Part shown: one piece after another, positions 60,509 to 64,000 of the stretch
How positions within the stretch are numbered: the stretch's first letter is position 1
How the letters are laid out: each line of letters starts with the position of its first letter
NCBI GenBank assembly: GCA_043228905.1
Contig: JBHGNT010000001.1
Coordinates: 16,430,001-16,494,000, forward strand
Length of the DNA stretch: 64,000 nt
Direction of reading: 5' to 3'
DNA from: Azolla caroliniana
Taxonomy: Eukaryota; Plantae; Polypodiophyta
Program-made: the position numbers and the translations under genes
Notes under the pieces: generated by a model
Database searches by the model: none
What the model was told of the DNA's origin: nothing
Seen by the model: only the letters and a program-made list of their open reading frames with translations

Positions 60509-63500
60509 TTGTTGCCTCACACACACACACTATCAATCTTCTTCCGCTACATTGCAATCACTCTTGCCTCCCATTCCGTTACATGGTATCAGAGCGTGTG
60601 GTTGCCTAATTAAGCCTATTCGACTGTGTTGTGTTGCACGTTGACGATCAACAGAACCGGCCCATCAACAGAGAAGAAATCACCATGAATACTCAAATGG
60701 GAAGCACTCTTCCTACCGAGAAGCTCGACAGAACGAACTTTGCATCTTGGGAATATAAGATGCATCAATACCTTTTTAGACAAGGCTACTGGAGCTACAT
60801 CGAAGGAGCTCACGAATCACAACCCAACCCAACACACACCGACTATCCCGCTTGGGAGCAGGCCACAAGCCGTGTGTTGTATTGCCTTGCATCATGCGTT
60901 CATGATCATATGCTTGGCTACATTTGAGAGGCAAAAACACCGAAGCAAGCGTGGGAAAACCTCAAGAAGATTTTCGTAGCCAATACGGCCGCACGAAAGC
61001 TCCAACTTCGACAGGAGTTGAACAATCTTCAACAAAGGGACATGTCAATCGGCAACTACACCTTAAAGATCAAGGAATTGTGCGATGCCCCTGGATCGAT
61101 CAATGTTAGCATTGACGATGAAGAAATGGTGCAGATATGCCTCAGTGGCTTGGCACCGCGATTTGGTGCAATAAGATCGGCCGTTCTCGCGAGAGAGAAT
61201 TCTCCCTCCTTTTTTGATCTCCAATCATTGTTGCTAGTCAAAGAGAATCACGTGCGTCAAAGGAACAATGCGCATGACAGACATATGCTATATTCAAACT
61301 TTGATGGAGGAAGAGGACAAAGCCATGGAAGGAGAGGTCGATTCGGCCAAGGCCGACACAACCAAGAGCGTAACTCCCACCAATGGCAAGTGGATAGAAA
61401 CGGCCCAAGAGAGCTCGGCGGAAGGGGGAGTCATCACGTTGGACCAAGCAACTATAGGAACCCAGTTGAGTGTGGGTACTGTGGAAAACCCGGCCACTCC
61501 GAAGAGGAGTGTCGAAAGAAGAAGCGTGACCAAGGCCGACAACTAACAAATTATGCCACGAACTCCGACTACGGTGACCGCGGTAGAATGTTCATAATGA
61601 AGCACGAAGCGCACTCAATGTCTGCACTTGCGTCAACTACCGCTTCCACTCCGAACAACGTATGGTTTGTTGATTCGGGAGCATCCAATCACATGACGTC
61701 CCATGAAGATTGGTTTCGGGAACTACGGAAGCCCGAACGTGCTGGATATGTTGAAACAGGAGATGACACGACTCACCCAATACAACATATCGGGAATGTC
61801 CCATTCGGAAACGACGACAAGCAAACCTACCTGAAGAACGTGTTGCATGTTCCCACTATTACGAAAAACCTAGTCTCAGTTGGCCAGATTGTCAAACATG
61901 GAATGCAAGTATGCTTCAATTACGATGGGTGCTTCATCGAAAATGGCAATCAAGTCATAGCTCACGGCCGTCGTGAATGCGATATGTTCATCCTCGAATC
62001 GAGTGAGGTAAAGTCGGCCATGTTTGCAAAGGGCTAGAAAGTTGAAACCGACTTGAAATTGTGGCATAAGAGAATCGGCCACATTAATCTCCAAAATCTG
62101 CAGAACATGCAATCGAAAGGAGTCGTAATCGGACTCCTGAACCTTACGGCGAAGGAGATTACAGGCGTATGCGAAGCATCTCAGTTCATAAAGCAACGCC
62201 GCCACCCATTCCCTAAAGAGCAGAATGTGAGCAAAGGAATCCTAGATGTCGTACATTCAGATGTGTGGGGACCAGCCCAGACAACAACATTCGGCGGATG
62301 TTGATAGTATGTCACGTTCATCGACGACTTCTCTAGGAACACCTGAATCTATCCGATGAAGCAGAAGAGTGAGGTGTTTAGGCACTTCTAGAGATTCAAA
62401 GCCGAAGTTGAAAAAAATACGGGTCGGCATGTACGCTGTCTTCGATCAGATGGAAGCAAAGAATATTTTTTGGATGAATTTACGGCGTATTTCCGAAAAG
62501 AAGGAATTCGACGAGAGTTCTCGTGTCGACACATGCCTCAGCAAAACGGCGTAGTAGAGTGTAAAAAACGCCATGTAGTAGAAGTCGCATGAACCATGAT
62601 GAACGAGAAGAACCTGTCGAAATCATATTAGGCATAAGCAACAAATACAACCATATATCTCATGAACAAGTGCACAACCTCGGGAGTACACGATATAACT
62701 CCGCATGAGAAGTTCTTCGGAAAGAAGCCGTACTTGTCACATGTCCGCATTTTCGGTTCTATCTCCTACGTACATATTCCCGAGGATATGTGACAAAAAC
62801 TTCACACAAAGTCGGAGAAATGTATCCTCATAGGATACTCACTCGAACAGAAGGGGTACAAATGCTACAACCCATCTACCCGTAAGGTTCAAACAAGTCG
62901 AGACATGTAGTCTTCGATGAATACGCATCTTGGTACGCACCAGAGAATACTTCGACTCCAACCCCGCTCGACGTGGATGACACTGCAATAGAAATAGAAG
63001 TTGAGGATCGGCTCACACAGATGTTAGAAGACAACCCAATTACGACATGGCTGAGTGGGCCATCAGAGCCGCCGAGCGATGAAAGCACATCTCGGCCGAG
63101 TCTGAAGCTGGACAAAGGGAAGGTGAAAATGCGGGAATATGAAGATCAGGAAGAGATCGAGATGCTTCACTCTCTTGATAGTGAATTTGAAGATCTCGAC
63201 ATCCGCATAGATTGAGCGAAGAAAGCCATACTCCCCACGGATCGAGAGCTACGCCGATCCACACGTGAAAAGAACCCCGTAAACTGCTACGGCTACGACG
63301 AATACATGGCGTATCACTACACTTTTATGATGAAAGTAGCGTCAGTACGGGAACCGGAAACGCTTTCCGAAGCCGCAAAGGATCCGCGATGGGTCGACGG
63401 GATGAATGAGGAGATGGAAGCTTTATGCAAAAACGAGACATGGGATCTTGTTCCTCTACCCCCGAACAAGAAAGCGATTGGCTGTAGATGGATATACAAA

Positions 63501-64000
63501 GTAAAATACATTGCCGATGGATCCGTAAATCTCTTCAAAGCACAACTCGTTGCGAAAGGCTACGCGCAAACACACGACATAGACTACGAAGAAACCTTTG
63601 CCCCGGTGGCAAAGAGGACAACTGCATGGACAATAATTGCACTCGCCGCAGCGAAGGGATGGCACCTCCACCAGATGGACGTGAAAAATGCTTTCCTCCA
63701 AGGAGAGTTACAAGAAGAGGTGTACATGATACAACCACCCGGATTTGAATTGCGTAAACATTCGCACGCCGTATGCCAACTCAAGAAGCCACTCTATGGC
63801 CTCAAACAAGCCCCACGTGCTTGGTATTCGAAGATCATGCAGTATCTTCATCAAGCTGGATTTCGGATGTCAAAATCCAATACTTCTATGTACATCCGAA
63901 ATGAGTCGGATAGCCCGATCATCATCATCCTATACATGGATGGCTTGGTCATCGGAGGAAAGATTCTCGCCGAGATCAACAAAGTCAAAACACTTCTCTC
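60254..64000 (+). mobile_element. Ty1/copia element H (LTR 60254-60583, PBS 60584-60595, degenerate gag-pol), runs off the right edge; related to G
   Basis: Motifs LPTEKLDRTNF, CGYCGKPGHSEEEC, WFVDSGASNHM, HSDVWGP and HQMDVKNAFL. Confidence 0.92.

Overview
Eukaryotic plant nuclear DNA: repeat-rich, with spliceosomal introns and a plant-type U6 sequence. The retroelement content and huge introns suggest a large-genome non-seed plant such as a fern, but that is inference. Two host genes can be reconstructed, both on the + strand. One is the centromeric histone CENH3 (5 coding exons, 32698-38326, 158 aa), probably with a non-coding first exon near 17 kb and a ~15.7 kb TE-filled first intron. The other is a group-1 pectin methylesterase (5 exons, 46937-49485, 403 aa). 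The rest is nested mobile DNA: about ten Ty1/copia elements or fragments, including one near-intact young element at 5763-11095 with a CACCT TSD; two copies of a Tf1/Tcn1-like Ty3/gypsy with self-priming and -1 frameshift signals; several RTE/RTE-X-like LINE copies; a TIR (MITE/MULE-like) element; tRNA-derived SINE-like units; and many micro/minisatellites. The most unusual structure is a near-full-length, promoterless U6 snRNA joined through its 3' T5 directly to a 5'-truncated LINE. This U6/LINE chimera sits inside a TIR element, which sits inside an older LINE, within the putative CENH3 first intron. Also notable is that the TATA boxes of many of the copia LTRs lie at the centre of short inverted repeats.
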